The notes: a model not told the origin generated them from the letters alone. Positions 48,409 to 60,386 are shown, numbered from the stretch's first letter. The stretch: 64,000 nucleotides of DNA from Gemmatimonadota bacterium (GCA_003222155.1 QHUU01000067.1:38297-102296); one strand, 5' to 3'. Numbers and translations: made by a program.

Positions 48409-49782
48409 ATGACCCAACCTTCCCGATCCGAGCCTATCGATCGCTGGGGCGACCGCCTGCCGCGCCGGCTCGGGCTGTGGAGTGCCGTCGCGGTGCTGGT
48501 GGGCTCGACCATCGGCGGCGGCATCTTTCGCACACCGGCGGTGATCGCCGGCCGCGTGCCCGAGCCGGCGCTCATGCTCTTGGTCTGGGTTCTGGGCGGG
48601 CTGCTCGCGCTGTGCGGCGCGCTCACGTACGCGGAGCTCGCGGCGATGTTTCCGCGCTCGGGCGGGGTGTACGTGTACATCCGCGAGGGTTTCGGCCGGC
48701 TGCCGGCGTTCCTCTTCGGGTGGACCGAGCTGGTGCTGATCCGGGCCTCGGCGCTCGGCGCGATTGCCACGCCGTTTGCCGAGTACCTGCTGCGCTCGAT
48801 CGGCCGGGACCCGGCGCTCCCCGAGAATGCGGGACTGGTGCACTACGTCGCCGCGGCGGCCATCGCGGTCACGGCGGCCTTGAATTACTACGGGGTGCGC
48901 TGGAGCGCGCTCGTCCTGAATCTCACGACCGGCGCCAAGTACGGCGCGCTGGTGGTGCTCGTCCTCCTGGCGTTTCTCGTGGGGCAGGGCGACTGGACGC
49001 ATTTTACGACCGCGGCGGGTGCGGTCACGCCCGGCCTGTTCGGCCTGGCGCTGGTCTCGGTGCTGTGGGCGTACGACGGCTGGGGCGATCTCTCGTTCGT
49101 GGGCGGCGAGGTGCGGGACCCGGAGCGGAACCTGCCGCGGGCGCTGGTCGTGGGGACCGCTGGGATCATCGCGATCTACCTGCTCGTCAACGCCGCGTAT
49201 CTCTATCTGCTGCCGCTCGGCCAGATGGCCCGGTCGCCACTGGTGGCCGCCGACGCCGCGCACGCGGTGCTGGGCCGGATCGGCGTCGGCGCGGTGACGG
49301 TCGTGGTGATGCTCGCGACGTTCAGTACGCTCGTCGGCTCGATCCTCACGGCGCCCCGCATCTTTTTCGCGATGGCGGACGACGGGCTGTTCTTCCGGGC
49401 CATCGCCACGGTTCACCCGCGCTACCAGACGCCGTCCGCGGCCATCGTGCTCACCGGCTGCCTGGGGGTCGGTTTTGTGCTGGCCCGCACCTTCGAGCAG
49501 CTCGCCGACCAGTTCGTGGTCGCGATCTTCCCGTTCTACGCGCTCGCGGCGGCGGCCGTGTTCGTGCTGCGCCGCCGGCGCCCCGAGCTGTCACGGCCGG
49601 TGCGCGTGCTCGGGTATCCGGTGGTGCCCCTGCTGTTCGTGCTCGCGAGCTTCCTCATTCTCGGGAACGCACTGTGGGCCCACCCACGTGAGACCGGGTT
49701 CGCCTTCCTCATCATCCTGCTCGGTGTGCCGGCCTACCTGTGGTGGACGCGCCGAAGGCTCAGAACGAATAGCGCAGCGTGA
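48409..49782 (+). CDS. APC family amino acid permease
   Basis: IGGGIF; YAELA..PRSGG; WAYDGW; TP. Confidence 0.92.
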   Translation: MTQPSRSEPIDRWGDRLPRRLGLWSAVAVLVGSTIGGGIFRTPAVIAGRVPEPALMLLVWVLGGLLALCGALTYAELAAMFPRSGGVYVYIREGFGRLPAFLFGWTELVLIRASALGAIATPFAEYLLRSIGRDPALPENAGLVHYVAAAAIAVTAALNYYGVRWSALVLNLTTGAKYGALVVLVLLAFLVGQGDWTHFTTAAGAVTPGLFGLALVSVLWAYDGWGDLSFVGGEVRDPERNLPRALVVGTAGIIAIYLLVNAAYLYLLPLGQMARSPLVAADAAHAVLGRIGVGAVTVVVMLATFSTLVGSILTAPRIFFAMADDGLFFRAIATVHPRYQTPSAAIVLTGCLGVGFVLARTFEQLADQFVVAIFPFYALAAAAVFVLRRRRPELSRPVRVLGYPVVPLLFVLASFLILGNALWAHPRETGFAFLIILLGVPAYLWWTRRRLRTNSAA

Positions 49783-52700
49783 GCTGGATCTGGTAGACGC
49801 TGCTGATCCTGCCGTCGAACGGCTTCGCGGCGCCGGTGGTCGCGTCATACAACCGGTTGTCGAACGTGAACGTCGGGATCGACGTCGGATCGTTGAGGGG
49901 CGCGGTGTTGGCCGCGTTGCGGCCGGTCTGAATGAGCGCCCGCTGATCCGGGAAGGTCGGGCTGAGCGTCGGCAGCCTGATCTGGCCCCAGTCCTTGTTC
50001 AGGAAGTTGAGGAAGTTGAAAAAGTCGAGCTGCACCGCGAGCTGATGCCCCCGGAACTGCGGGATCGACTGCCGTATGGAGAGGTCGAGTCGGTCCTGGG
50101 CGGGGCTGCGGCAGCTGTCGCGCTTCATGATGTGGCCGCGCTGCTCGGCCAGGCACGGCTGGGCGTCGATGAACCGGTTGAACGCCTGCGCGGCAACGAC
50201 GTTTTGCACGAACGCGCCGTCCACGCCGGTGCCAATCCGAATCTCGTTCGGGTCCGTCGCATCACGAGGGATGTACAGGAGATCGTTGCCGTTGTAGAGG
50301 TCGCCGTTCAAGTCGCCGGACGCGACATAGCTGATCGGAACACCTGAGCTACGCTCGTAGTAGACCGTGAGGTCGGTGCTCACGCCCTTCCAAGGCAAGG
50401 AATAGGTCCCGTAGGCGAGGAAACGGCCCGGCCGCGAGAACACGGAGGGGGAGGTCTGGAGATCCTCGTGCGCGTCCGAGAGCTGACGGCCGTTGCGCCA
50501 GTTCGAGATCGCCCGGTCCGACGTGAGGCTCTGGACGTCCTCGGACTTCGTGTAGGTGTAGGCAACCGTCGCCTCGAAGCGGTCCGAAAAGCGCCGGCTG
50601 AGCTGCCCCGACAGGGAGTAGTTGAAGTCCTTGGATTGGTTCGTGACCTGGATCATGCCCTCGGTGAACTGCACTCCTCGTAGCTGTGTGATCCAGCGCT
50701 GATTGTTGTTCGTCACATTACCGTTCGAGGCGATCGTGTCGGCATATAGAACACGGCCGTCGCGATCGGTGTACGGCTGCCCGGCCAAGAGGCGCGGGCC
50801 CCTGATGTTCAAGTCGCGGATCAGGACGCCGTTGATCGCCTTGCGGTACATCCCCTCGACAGTGAGCACGGTGTTGTACGGCAGCTGCCGGTCGAACCCG
50901 GCCGACACCCCGAAGTACTGCGGGTACTTGAAGTTTGCGTCAGTGAGATTCACGCCCACCGTCCCGGCCTGCCCCGGTCCCGGTACGGGCGACCCGACGC
51001 AGGCCTTCGGGAGGGCGGTCACGTCAACGGTGAACGCCGGGACGGTCCCTGCAGCCGTACAGCTGAGGCGTACGAGGCCCAGCCCCGTGTTCGCGTAGGC
51101 GTTGCCGAGCAGAATGTAGGGCGGCGGGCCAGTGTAGACGCCGAGGCTGCCCCGAAACTGGTTCCGTTGATCGCCCGTGGCGTCGAAGTTGAAGCCGACC
51201 CGCGGCGACAACAGCACCCGCGTCTTCGGTACGACATCCGTGCGTATGCCCGGCAAGCCGGCCGCCGCGAGCGCGTTCGTCAGGGTGTCGTTCTGGGACG
51301 GGTGGTCCGGCAGGCTGGGGATGTCGGCGCGCACACCGGCCGTCACGGTGAACCGATCGTTCACTCTCCATTGGTCCTGACCGTACAGGCTGTACACGCG
51401 GACGTGGAAGTCCGCCGGAATATCCGCGGGGTTCTGGCTGTTCGCATAACCGACGGCGTACCCGCTCGGAGTGCCCGCTTCAAGCGCCGCAATGGTCTGG
51501 AAGGTGTACACCCCGTACGAGCCCTGCGCGAAATTGTTGAAGATGTGCGTGAAGTCGAGACGGCCGCCCACGGTGAAGGTGTGCGGGCCCTTGGGGATCG
51601 TGACGTTGTCCACGAGCTCGAAGATCTTCTGGTCGAGCAGGTTGTTCGGCGAAAACTGCTCGGTGCCAAACGTCACCGCACGCACGGTCCCGCCCATGTT
51701 GACGCCCACGCCCACCTCGGGCGCCTGCACCGGCACAGTCCGTTCGTAGTTAATCGTGCTGTAGCCTACGATCAGCTCGTTGGACAGACCGCCGGCGAAA
51801 TTGGAGTACAGTTGGCCGGTCGTGGAGCTGTTCTTCGCCACTGTCGAGAACTGGTTCGAGCCGAACCGGAACCCGGAGTTCTGATTCAGCGGCGAGTTGT
51901 TGTACGTGGCGATGTTGCGTGAGAACGAGCCGTCTTCATCGTGGTTGATGATCTGGCGCACCACCAGGCGGTGCACGGGCGAGATCTGGTAGTCGATTCG
52001 GCCGAACAGGTTCCTCAGGGGGTTGTCATTGTTGACGAGGCCCGTGGACCCGACGTTGAAGTTGTAGGTGCTTTGCATGAAGTTGGCGATCCGCGTCAGG
52101 CTATCGAGTGCCACGGACGGGGAGTCGGGCCGAGCCGAGGGCTGGCCGCCCAGGTAGTACGGACCAGTCGCGGGCCGGGTGCGCTCCTGGAATTCCGGCG
52201 CGACGAAGAAGTGCAGCCGATCGCGGATGATCGGGCCACCGACGTAGAAGCTGTACTGCTCGACCTCGAACGACGAGGGGCGGAGAAGCTCGCCGACGAG
52301 GTGCAATCCAAGCACATCCGTGTTGCTGCGATAGGTGTAACTCGCGCCCCCGTGGAACTCGTTCGTGCCGCTCTTCGTCACCGCGTTCACGAGCATGCCG
52401 GCGAAGTTGCCCTGGCGCACGTCGCTCGGCGTGAACACGACCCGGAACTCCTTCACCGCGTCCAGGGACACGATCTTACCACTGGCGCTGCCGCCCGGCA
52501 CGCCATTCGTCGCCGACAGGTTGAAGCGCTCACTCTGATTCGCGCCGTCGATCGTGATCGTGTTATACCGGTTGTACGCCCCGGCGCCGCTGGCGGCACC
52601 CGAGGCTGGGTAGACCACCTGCGGCGAGAGTTTGAGCTGATCGATGAAGTCGCGGCTGAAGGTCGGAATGCGGCGCACCAGGGAGTCGGAGATCTGGGAG

Positions 52701-53128
52701 CCCACGCCCTGGCGCGTCGGGGAGAAATCAGGCGTGGCCCCGCCCGTGACGGTGACCGCTGCCAATTCCACGGCCTGCGGAGCGAGCTGCGCGTCCACGC
52801 GCGTCGCTTCGGACAGCCCGACATCGACATCATCGCGTTGGTAGGGCTGATGCCCGATGGCGCGCACGGTGACGGTGTAGGGGCCTCCGACCTCGAGACC
52901 CTGCACGAGATACACGCCGTTTTCCCGCGTGCGGGAGCTGGTGGCATAGCCCGTGCTGCGGTTGACGATCCGCACATCCGCGAGAGCGACGGGCTGGCCG
53001 CTCGCGTCGGTGACCTTGCCTGTGATCGCCCCGGTCGTGACGCCCTGGGCCCCGACCGCGGGCGCGACGAGCGTCGAGAACAGCACCGCCGCGGCGACGG
53101 CGCGCGGCGCGCTAACGATCCACGGCAT
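49760..53128 (-). CDS. TonB-dependent receptor (Oar-like, with carboxypeptidase regulatory domain)
   Basis: Signal peptide; VTKSGTNEFHG; SPRVGF; C-terminal LRYSF. Confidence 0.9.
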   Translation of the reverse strand: MPWIVSAPRAVAAAVLFSTLVAPAVGAQGVTTGAITGKVTDASGQPVALADVRIVNRSTGYATSSRTRENGVYLVQGLEVGGPYTVTVRAIGHQPYQRDDVDVGLSEATRVDAQLAPQAVELAAVTVTGGATPDFSPTRQGVGSQISDSLVRRIPTFSRDFIDQLKLSPQVVYPASGAASGAGAYNRYNTITIDGANQSERFNLSATNGVPGGSASGKIVSLDAVKEFRVVFTPSDVRQGNFAGMLVNAVTKSGTNEFHGGASYTYRSNTDVLGLHLVGELLRPSSFEVEQYSFYVGGPIIRDRLHFFVAPEFQERTRPATGPYYLGGQPSARPDSPSVALDSLTRIANFMQSTYNFNVGSTGLVNNDNPLRNLFGRIDYQISPVHRLVVRQIINHDEDGSFSRNIATYNNSPLNQNSGFRFGSNQFSTVAKNSSTTGQLYSNFAGGLSNELIVGYSTINYERTVPVQAPEVGVGVNMGGTVRAVTFGTEQFSPNNLLDQKIFELVDNVTIPKGPHTFTVGGRLDFTHIFNNFAQGSYGVYTFQTIAALEAGTPSGYAVGYANSQNPADIPADFHVRVYSLYGQDQWRVNDRFTVTAGVRADIPSLPDHPSQNDTLTNALAAAGLPGIRTDVVPKTRVLLSPRVGFNFDATGDQRNQFRGSLGVYTGPPPYILLGNAYANTGLGLVRLSCTAAGTVPAFTVDVTALPKACVGSPVPGPGQAGTVGVNLTDANFKYPQYFGVSAGFDRQLPYNTVLTVEGMYRKAINGVLIRDLNIRGPRLLAGQPYTDRDGRVLYADTIASNGNVTNNNQRWITQLRGVQFTEGMIQVTNQSKDFNYSLSGQLSRRFSDRFEATVAYTYTKSEDVQSLTSDRAISNWRNGRQLSDAHEDLQTSPSVFSRPGRFLAYGTYSLPWKGVSTDLTVYYERSSGVPISYVASGDLNGDLYNGNDLLYIPRDATDPNEIRIGTGVDGAFVQNVVAAQAFNRFIDAQPCLAEQRGHIMKRDSCRSPAQDRLDLSIRQSIPQFRGHQLAVQLDFFNFLNFLNKDWGQIRLPTLSPTFPDQRALIQTGRNAANTAPLNDPTSIPTFTFDNRLYDATTGAAKPFDGRISSVYQIQLTLRYSF

Positions 53129-53262
53129 GGTTGGATCTCTCCCTTGCGACGCTGTGATGGGTGAACGGCTGCCGGTCGACGCCGCGGAAACTGAACCTCG
53201 GTGGGAAGCGCGTCAAGGACGCACGGCCAACCTCCGTAACGATCGGGTGATCTCGCCCCTGC

Positions 53263-54393
53263 CTACGTCCGCGCCTTCCGCCACAGCCACACCCCCGCCG
53301 CGCCGAAGATCACGTTCGGCACCCACGCGGCGAACCCCGGCGGCAGCGCCCCGCCCGCCCCGACCGCCTTCGACAGCTGAAACATCAGCAGGTCCACGAA
53401 GGTCGTAGCGAGGCACACCGCCACGCCCCACGCCGTCCCGCTGCGCGGCGTGGAGATCGCCAGCGGCGCGCCGAACAAGGCGATGATGATGCACGCGAAC
53501 GGCACTGACAGCTTCAACGCCCGCTCCACCTGCAGCTTCTTCGTGTCCGAGCCCGAGCGCGACAGCGCATCGACGTAGCGGCCCAGCTCCGCGTAGCGCA
53601 TCTCGTCGGGCGCCTTGGGCTCCGCCAGCAGGTCGGCGGGCGTCTCGCGCAGCGCCGTGGCGCGCAGCGTGTCGAATACGAACGTCGTCTCGCGACCGGG
53701 GCCGACCAGATAGCGCAGCGCCCCCTTGTTGAGGGTCCAGCCGCGCTTCGCCGGCGTCGTGTCGTAGGCCGCCCGCTGCGCCGCCACCACGATGGTCGGG
53801 TAGTCCTCGCCCGTGCCGCCGCGCTCCAGGATCACGTCGCGCATCTCCGCGCCATTCGAGCGCAGCTCGAGCGACCGGATGGAATACACCCACCCCGAGT
53901 CCGCCCGGTACACGAACGGATTGAAGCGCGAGGCGACCTGCCGCACCGTCTTCTCCCCCAGCAGCTCGGCCCGCCGGGCCGACGTCACCGGCGCGAGCTC
54001 CGTCAGCCCCAGATCGAGCAGCGCGGCGGCCAGCGAGGCGACGAGCAGCGGCCGCACCACCCGGTGAAACGAGATCCCCGACGCCTTGGCCGCCACCAGC
54101 TCCGAGTGCCGGCCCAGCGCGCCCACGGTAAACACCACGGCGAACAGCACGGCCACGGGCAGCACGAGCGAGATCGTCTCCGGCAGGAAGAACACGTACG
54201 AGTAAGCGAGGCGCGTCTTGGGAATGCCCCGTCCCAGATAGGTCGAGAGCTTGTCGGTCAGGTCGATGACCATCACGAGGAAGGGGAACCCCAGTGCCGC
54301 GAGCAGGAACACCTTGGTCCACTCGCGCAGCAGATAGCGGTCGAGGGTGCTCAGCGGGGATTGCGCCACGGGGCCCCGATCCACGCCGGCCAC
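53263..54393 (-). CDS. lptG: LPS export permease LptG
   Basis: LDRYL; SELVAAKASGIS; AAWVPN. Confidence 0.85.
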   Translation of the reverse strand: MAGVDRGPVAQSPLSTLDRYLLREWTKVFLLAALGFPFLVMVIDLTDKLSTYLGRGIPKTRLAYSYVFFLPETISLVLPVAVLFAVVFTVGALGRHSELVAAKASGISFHRVVRPLLVASLAAALLDLGLTELAPVTSARRAELLGEKTVRQVASRFNPFVYRADSGWVYSIRSLELRSNGAEMRDVILERGGTGEDYPTIVVAAQRAAYDTTPAKRGWTLNKGALRYLVGPGRETTFVFDTLRATALRETPADLLAEPKAPDEMRYAELGRYVDALSRSGSDTKKLQVERALKLSVPFACIIIALFGAPLAISTPRSGTAWGVAVCLATTFVDLLMFQLSKAVGAGGALPPGFAAWVPNVIFGAAGVWLWRKART

Positions 54394-55889
54394 AGGTCGC
54401 TCCAGTCACCGCCGTGCGGCGAGTTCCCCGGCTTGCGGATGCGCCACAGACCGAACAGGCCGGCGGTCGCGAAGATGAGGTTGGGCGTCCACATCGCGAG
54501 GAACGGGGACAGGATCAGGCGATCCCCCAGCTCCTCTCCGCCGATCAATCCGATGTAGTAGACCGTGAACACCGCTACGCTCACGCCGAGCACGAGGCCA
54601 ACGCCGCCGCGCTGGAAGCGCAGCGCGATCGGTGCGCCGACCAGCGCGAACACGAGGCAGGCGACGGCGATCGCGGCCTTCTTCTGGATCTCGACCTCGT
54701 ACGCCGCGGCCCGCTCGCGTGCCCCGCGTAGCCGCTGTTGCTCGCTCACGCCGGCCCCGGGTGTGATCAGCCCGGCGGCGATGTAGGGCGGCGTGATCGG
54801 TACGCGCCCCCCTGCGGAGGGCGGCAGCGGCCGGGGCGGTTTCACCGCGCCGCGCGGCGCGGGGCGCGGCGTCTGCGCGCCCGCCTCGGCCGGCAGGAGC
54901 CACGTGGCGAGCCGCTGCAACGCGCGGCAGTACGGGCCCGGCGGCCTCGCGTCCCGCGGACGGGCCGACGTGCTCGGCGGCAGCGGCGCGAGCCCCGCCA
55001 GGCGGCGCAGGTCGTTTTCGATCACGAGCCGGGCGTCGCCCGCGGCGCTCTCGACATCGCGCCGCGCCGCGTCCACCGCCTCCTGCATCTCGCAGGTCGA
55101 CATCTCCCGGTCGCTCTTGTACGTGTCCGTGGTGGTCGGCTGGAAGCTGTTGGCCACGCCCACGACGCGCATACGGTTCGTGGAGAAGAACGTGCGGTTG
55201 AACTGGGTCGGGTCGGTCCGGTTCACCTCCTCGATGTCGCCGTCCAGGAGGGTCAGGAACAGGTCGCGCCCACCAGCGGAGTAGGCCATGCGCCCGCTGT
55301 CCGCCGTGATGATGCGGCGGCGCTCGGCGTCGCTCAGGTCGTAGAGCGTCACGTCCTTGAGCTTGTTCGTATTGCCGTCGATGCGCGACGCGCGCAGGAA
55401 CGTCTGCCCCGGCACGACCTCGTTGATCACCTGCTCCTTGAGCGCCAGCGACGGTTTCTTGCGCTGGATGTCCATCTGCAGCGTCCGCAGCTGGTGGTTG
55501 GTGCGCGGCAGCAGCTGATCGTTCCACAGGAACGACAGGAGCGCGATGCCGGCCGCGCCCGCGAGCGTCGGCGCGATCACGCGCCCGACGCTCACGCCTC
55601 CGGCCTGCATCGCCGTGATCTCGTTGTCGGCCGCGAGCCGGGTGAACACGTGCAGCACGGCGACCAGCACCGCCATCGGGAGGGTCACCGCGACGATGAA
55701 CGGCACCGACAGCAGGAACACCTCGATGATGACGCTCGTGGGCAGGCCCTTGCCGAGCAGGCTCGAGAGCTGCTTCGCGATCTGCTGGATGAGCATCAGC
55801 GACGTGAGCGCCGCCAGGGCGAAGCCGAGCGGCGCGATGTGCTGGCGCAGCAGGTAACGGCTGATAGTGCGCACGATCGGTGGCGCCAT
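54351..55889 (-). CDS. lptF: LPS export permease LptF
   Basis: ISRYL; DNEITAMQAGGVS; VEIQKK; MWTPN. Confidence 0.85.
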   Translation of the reverse strand: MAPPIVRTISRYLLRQHIAPLGFALAALTSLMLIQQIAKQLSSLLGKGLPTSVIIEVFLLSVPFIVAVTLPMAVLVAVLHVFTRLAADNEITAMQAGGVSVGRVIAPTLAGAAGIALLSFLWNDQLLPRTNHQLRTLQMDIQRKKPSLALKEQVINEVVPGQTFLRASRIDGNTNKLKDVTLYDLSDAERRRIITADSGRMAYSAGGRDLFLTLLDGDIEEVNRTDPTQFNRTFFSTNRMRVVGVANSFQPTTTDTYKSDREMSTCEMQEAVDAARRDVESAAGDARLVIENDLRRLAGLAPLPPSTSARPRDARPPGPYCRALQRLATWLLPAEAGAQTPRPAPRGAVKPPRPLPPSAGGRVPITPPYIAAGLITPGAGVSEQQRLRGARERAAAYEVEIQKKAAIAVACLVFALVGAPIALRFQRGGVGLVLGVSVAVFTVYYIGLIGGEELGDRLILSPFLAMWTPNLIFATAGLFGLWRIRKPGNSPHGGDWSDLWPAWIGAPWRNPR

Positions 55890-55931
55890 TATATTCGGAA
55901 GTCCAAGTCTCTACAAGACATCACTACCCCC

Positions 55932-56858
55932 GTGACCATCCGAAAGAGCCGCTTCTCGCGCTCGGGCCTCTGCCTCGCGCTCGCCCTCGTTGTCCCCGCA
56001 TGCGGGGCGCGCGATCGGGCCGCCCGCCCGCGCGAGTTCGTCGGCCCGCGCGCCTTCGGCTATCTCGAGCAGCAGATGCAGTTCGGACCGCGCATCCCCG
56101 GCACGGCGGCGCACGAGCGCGCCGGGGACTGGATCCTGCAGCACCTCCGTGCCACGGCCGACAGCGTCGTGGTGCAATCCATCACTCACGCCACGCGGCA
56201 CGGCGCCACGCTGCACCTGCGCAACTTCTTCGCCCGCTTCCGGCCCGGCGCTCCCGACCGGGTGCTGCTCCTGGCGCACTGGGACACGCGGCCCCATGCC
56301 GACCAGAGCCAGAATCTGGGCCAGCAGCGCCTCCCCGTCCCCGGAGCGAACGATGGCGCGTCCGGCGTCGCCGTGCTGCTGGGCGTGGCCGACGCGCTCA
56401 AGGCGAAGCCGCCCACGCTCGGCGTGGACCTGCTGTTCGTGGACGGAGAGGACTACGGGAACTTCGCCACGGACTCGACCGACGTGCTGATCGGCTCCCG
56501 CTACTTCGCGGCCCACCAGCCCCCCGGCTACCAGCCGTTGTTCGCCGTGCTGTTCGACATGGTCGCGGACAAGGACCAGCAATTCTACTATGAGGGCAAC
56601 TCGCAGGCCTTCGCGCCCGAGGTGGTCGACCGGGTCTGGCGCGTCGCCGCCGAGCTCGGCTATGGCCGCGTCTTCGTTCCCGGCGTGCGGAACACGCTCA
56701 CCGACGACCACGTGGCGCTGCAGAAAGCGGGCATCCACGCGATCGACGTGGTGGACTTCGATTACCCCTACTGGCACACGACCGAGGACACCGTCGACAA
56801 GGTGAGCGCGGCGTCTTTGCAGGTTGTCGGTGACGTAGCTGTGGCGTTGGTGCGGTAG
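55932..56858 (+). CDS. M28 peptidase / glutaminyl cyclase-like lipoprotein
   Basis: FGPRIPG; AHWDTRP; GANDGASG; DGED; DDH; WHT. Confidence 0.85.
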   Translation: MTIRKSRFSRSGLCLALALVVPACGARDRAARPREFVGPRAFGYLEQQMQFGPRIPGTAAHERAGDWILQHLRATADSVVVQSITHATRHGATLHLRNFFARFRPGAPDRVLLLAHWDTRPHADQSQNLGQQRLPVPGANDGASGVAVLLGVADALKAKPPTLGVDLLFVDGEDYGNFATDSTDVLIGSRYFAAHQPPGYQPLFAVLFDMVADKDQQFYYEGNSQAFAPEVVDRVWRVAAELGYGRVFVPGVRNTLTDDHVALQKAGIHAIDVVDFDYPYWHTTEDTVDKVSAASLQVVGDVAVALVR

Positions 56859-56859
56859 A

Positions 56860-56960
56860 AACGCGGAACGCGGAAGGCGGAACGCGGAACAGATTGACGA
56901 GCGCCGGTGACCGAAGCTCGCTGCACCGTTCCGCGCTCCGCGTTGCCACTTCCGCGTTCG
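56860..56960. repeat. Inverted pair of heptamer arrays
   Basis: (AACGCGG)x~4 ... (CCGCGTT)x~4 downstream of the stop codon. Confidence 0.75.
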
Positions 56961-57034
56961 TGATACCGCAATCTTTTGGCGACCGTGGCGTAAAACGGAT
57001 GCCGCTGCCGGCTGGCTAGTCGTTACCGTGCATC

Positions 57035-57445
57035 ATGGACGACCGCCGCGCCGCCCTCTTGCTCGCTCTGCTCGCCCTCGCCGGCGCGGGTGCCCGGCTG
57101 GCGCTGGCGCCCACCACACCCGCCGCGCCCGGAGACGTCCGGCTGGTCGCGCTGGACACGCCTCCCCTCCGCGGCCTGAACGCGACGGCGCGTACGGCCG
57201 CCCGGCTGGCACGCCCGCTCCTCCCCGGCGAGCGGGTCGACCTCGACCGCGCCGACGTGACGGAGATCACGCGGCTGCCGCGGATCGGACCGGCCTTCGC
57301 CCACCGGATCGTCGCGTGGCGCGAGCAGCACGGCGCGTTTGGCGGGTTGGTCCGGTTCGACAGCGTGCCGGGCGTGGGCCCGAAGCTGGTCGAATCGCTC
57401 CGACCCTACGTGATGTTTTCGGGGGTCATCCCGCCCGCGCCTTGA
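57035..57445 (+). CDS. comEA: ComEA-like HhH DNA-binding protein
   Basis: VDLDRA...LPRIGP..A.RIV..R..HG.F; VPGVGP. Confidence 0.8.
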   Translation: MDDRRAALLLALLALAGAGARLALAPTTPAAPGDVRLVALDTPPLRGLNATARTAARLARPLLPGERVDLDRADVTEITRLPRIGPAFAHRIVAWREQHGAFGGLVRFDSVPGVGPKLVESLRPYVMFSGVIPPAP

Positions 57446-57469
57446 CTTCCCTCGGTCGGCCCGTATGTT

Positions 57470-59202
57470 ATGCTGTTCATTTTCAACGAGTTGCGTACGG
57501 CGACCGCGGCAGCCACCTCCGACAAACTGGGTGAAATCCTCCTCCGGGAGGGCTTGATCACCCAGGACCAACTCAAGAAGGCGCTCCTCGAGCAGAAGAA
57601 CACGGGGATGCGTCTGGGCTACACGCTGGTCAAGCTGGGCTTCGTCGAGGAGACGGAGATCTCCAAGATGCTGGCCCGGCAGTATCGTATGCCGGCCGTC
57701 GACCTGTCCCGCTTCGAGGTCGATCCGAAGATTCTCAAGCTGTTGCCGCCCGACGTCGCGGTGAAGCACACGGTGCTGCCGCTCAAGCGCGAGGGGCGGA
57801 CGCTCACGGTGGCGATCGCGGACCCCAACAACGTCACGGCGATCGAGGACATCAAGTTCATCACGCGCTGCGACGTGTTTCCGGTGATCGCGGGGGAGTA
57901 CACGCTCCGCAACGCGATCGAGAAGTACTACCAGCAGTCCGACGCGCAGCTGCAGACGCTGCTCAAGGACATCGAAGCGGCCGAGGATCTCGAGGTCGTC
58001 TCCGACGAGGTCGACGAGGACGTCAAAGCGCAGGACCTGGCGGACGACGCGCCGGTGGTGAAGCTGATCAACGGACTGCTCACGGACGCGGTGAAGCGGG
58101 GGGCGTCGGACATCCACATCGAGCCGTTCGAGCACGAGATGCGGGTCCGCTACCGCGTGGACGGCGCGCTGCACGAGGTGATGAAGCCGCCGATCAAGAT
58201 GCGCGCGGCGCTGACGTCGCGCGTCAAGATCATGGCGCAGCTGAACATCGCCGAGCGGCGGGTGCCGCAGGACGGTCGCATCAAGCTGAAATTCGGCGCC
58301 AAGGTCATCGACTATCGCGTCTCGACGCTGCCGGTGCTGTTCGGCGAGAAGATCGTGCTCCGCATTCTCGACAAGGGGAACCTGGCGCTCGACTTGACGA
58401 AGTTCGGGTTCGAGGCCAAGGCCGAGCAGGACCTGATGCGGGCGATCCTGAACCCGTACGGCATGGTGCTGGTGACCGGCCCGACGGGATCGGGCAAGAC
58501 CACGACGCTGTACTCGGCGCTGTCGCGTATCAACCAGATCGACGTGAACATCATGACGGCGGAGGATCCCGTCGAGTACAACCTGATGGGCATCAATCAG
58601 GTGCTGGTGCGCAACGACGTGGGCATGACGTTCGCGGCCGCCCTCAAGGCGTTCCTGCGGCAGGACCCGAACATCATCATGGTGGGCGAGATTCGCGATC
58701 TCGAAACCGGGTCGATCGCGATCAAGGCGGCGTTGACCGGCCACCTCGTGCTGTCCACCCTGCACACGAACGACGCGCCCTCCACGGTGACCCGCATGGT
58801 GGACATGGGCATCGAGCCGTTCAACGTGGCGAGCGCGGTGAACCTGATCGTGGCGCAGCGGCTGGTGCGACGCATCTGCTCGGACTGCAAGCAGGAGCAC
58901 AAGTACTCCGAGGAGGAGCTCAAGGCGCTCGGCATCCCCTTCGCCGAGGCGCAGAAACTGACGTTCTACAAGGGCACCGGCTGCGACACCTGTGGGAGCA
59001 CGGGGTACAAGGGGCGCCAAGGGCTGTACGAGGTGATGGCGCTGTCGAGCGCGCTGCGGCGTATGGTGCTGAAGGGCGGGTCCACGGAGGAGCTGCGGGA
59101 GCAGGCAGTGAAAGAAGGGATGCTCACGCTGCGCATGGACGGCATGCTGAAGGTGAAGCGCGGCATCACGACCCTCGATGAAGTCGTGAAGGAGACGGCG
59201 GC

Positions 59203-59206
<4 letters not shown>
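57470..59206 (+). CDS. pilB: Type IV pilus assembly ATPase PilB
   Basis: ASDIHIEP; GPTGSGKTT; RQDP; GHLVLSTLHTN; Cys4 motif; start uncertain. Confidence 0.95.
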
Positions 59207-60360
<1,154 letters not shown>

Positions 60361-60386
60361 GCGCCCGAAGCGAAGGGGAGGGAGCC

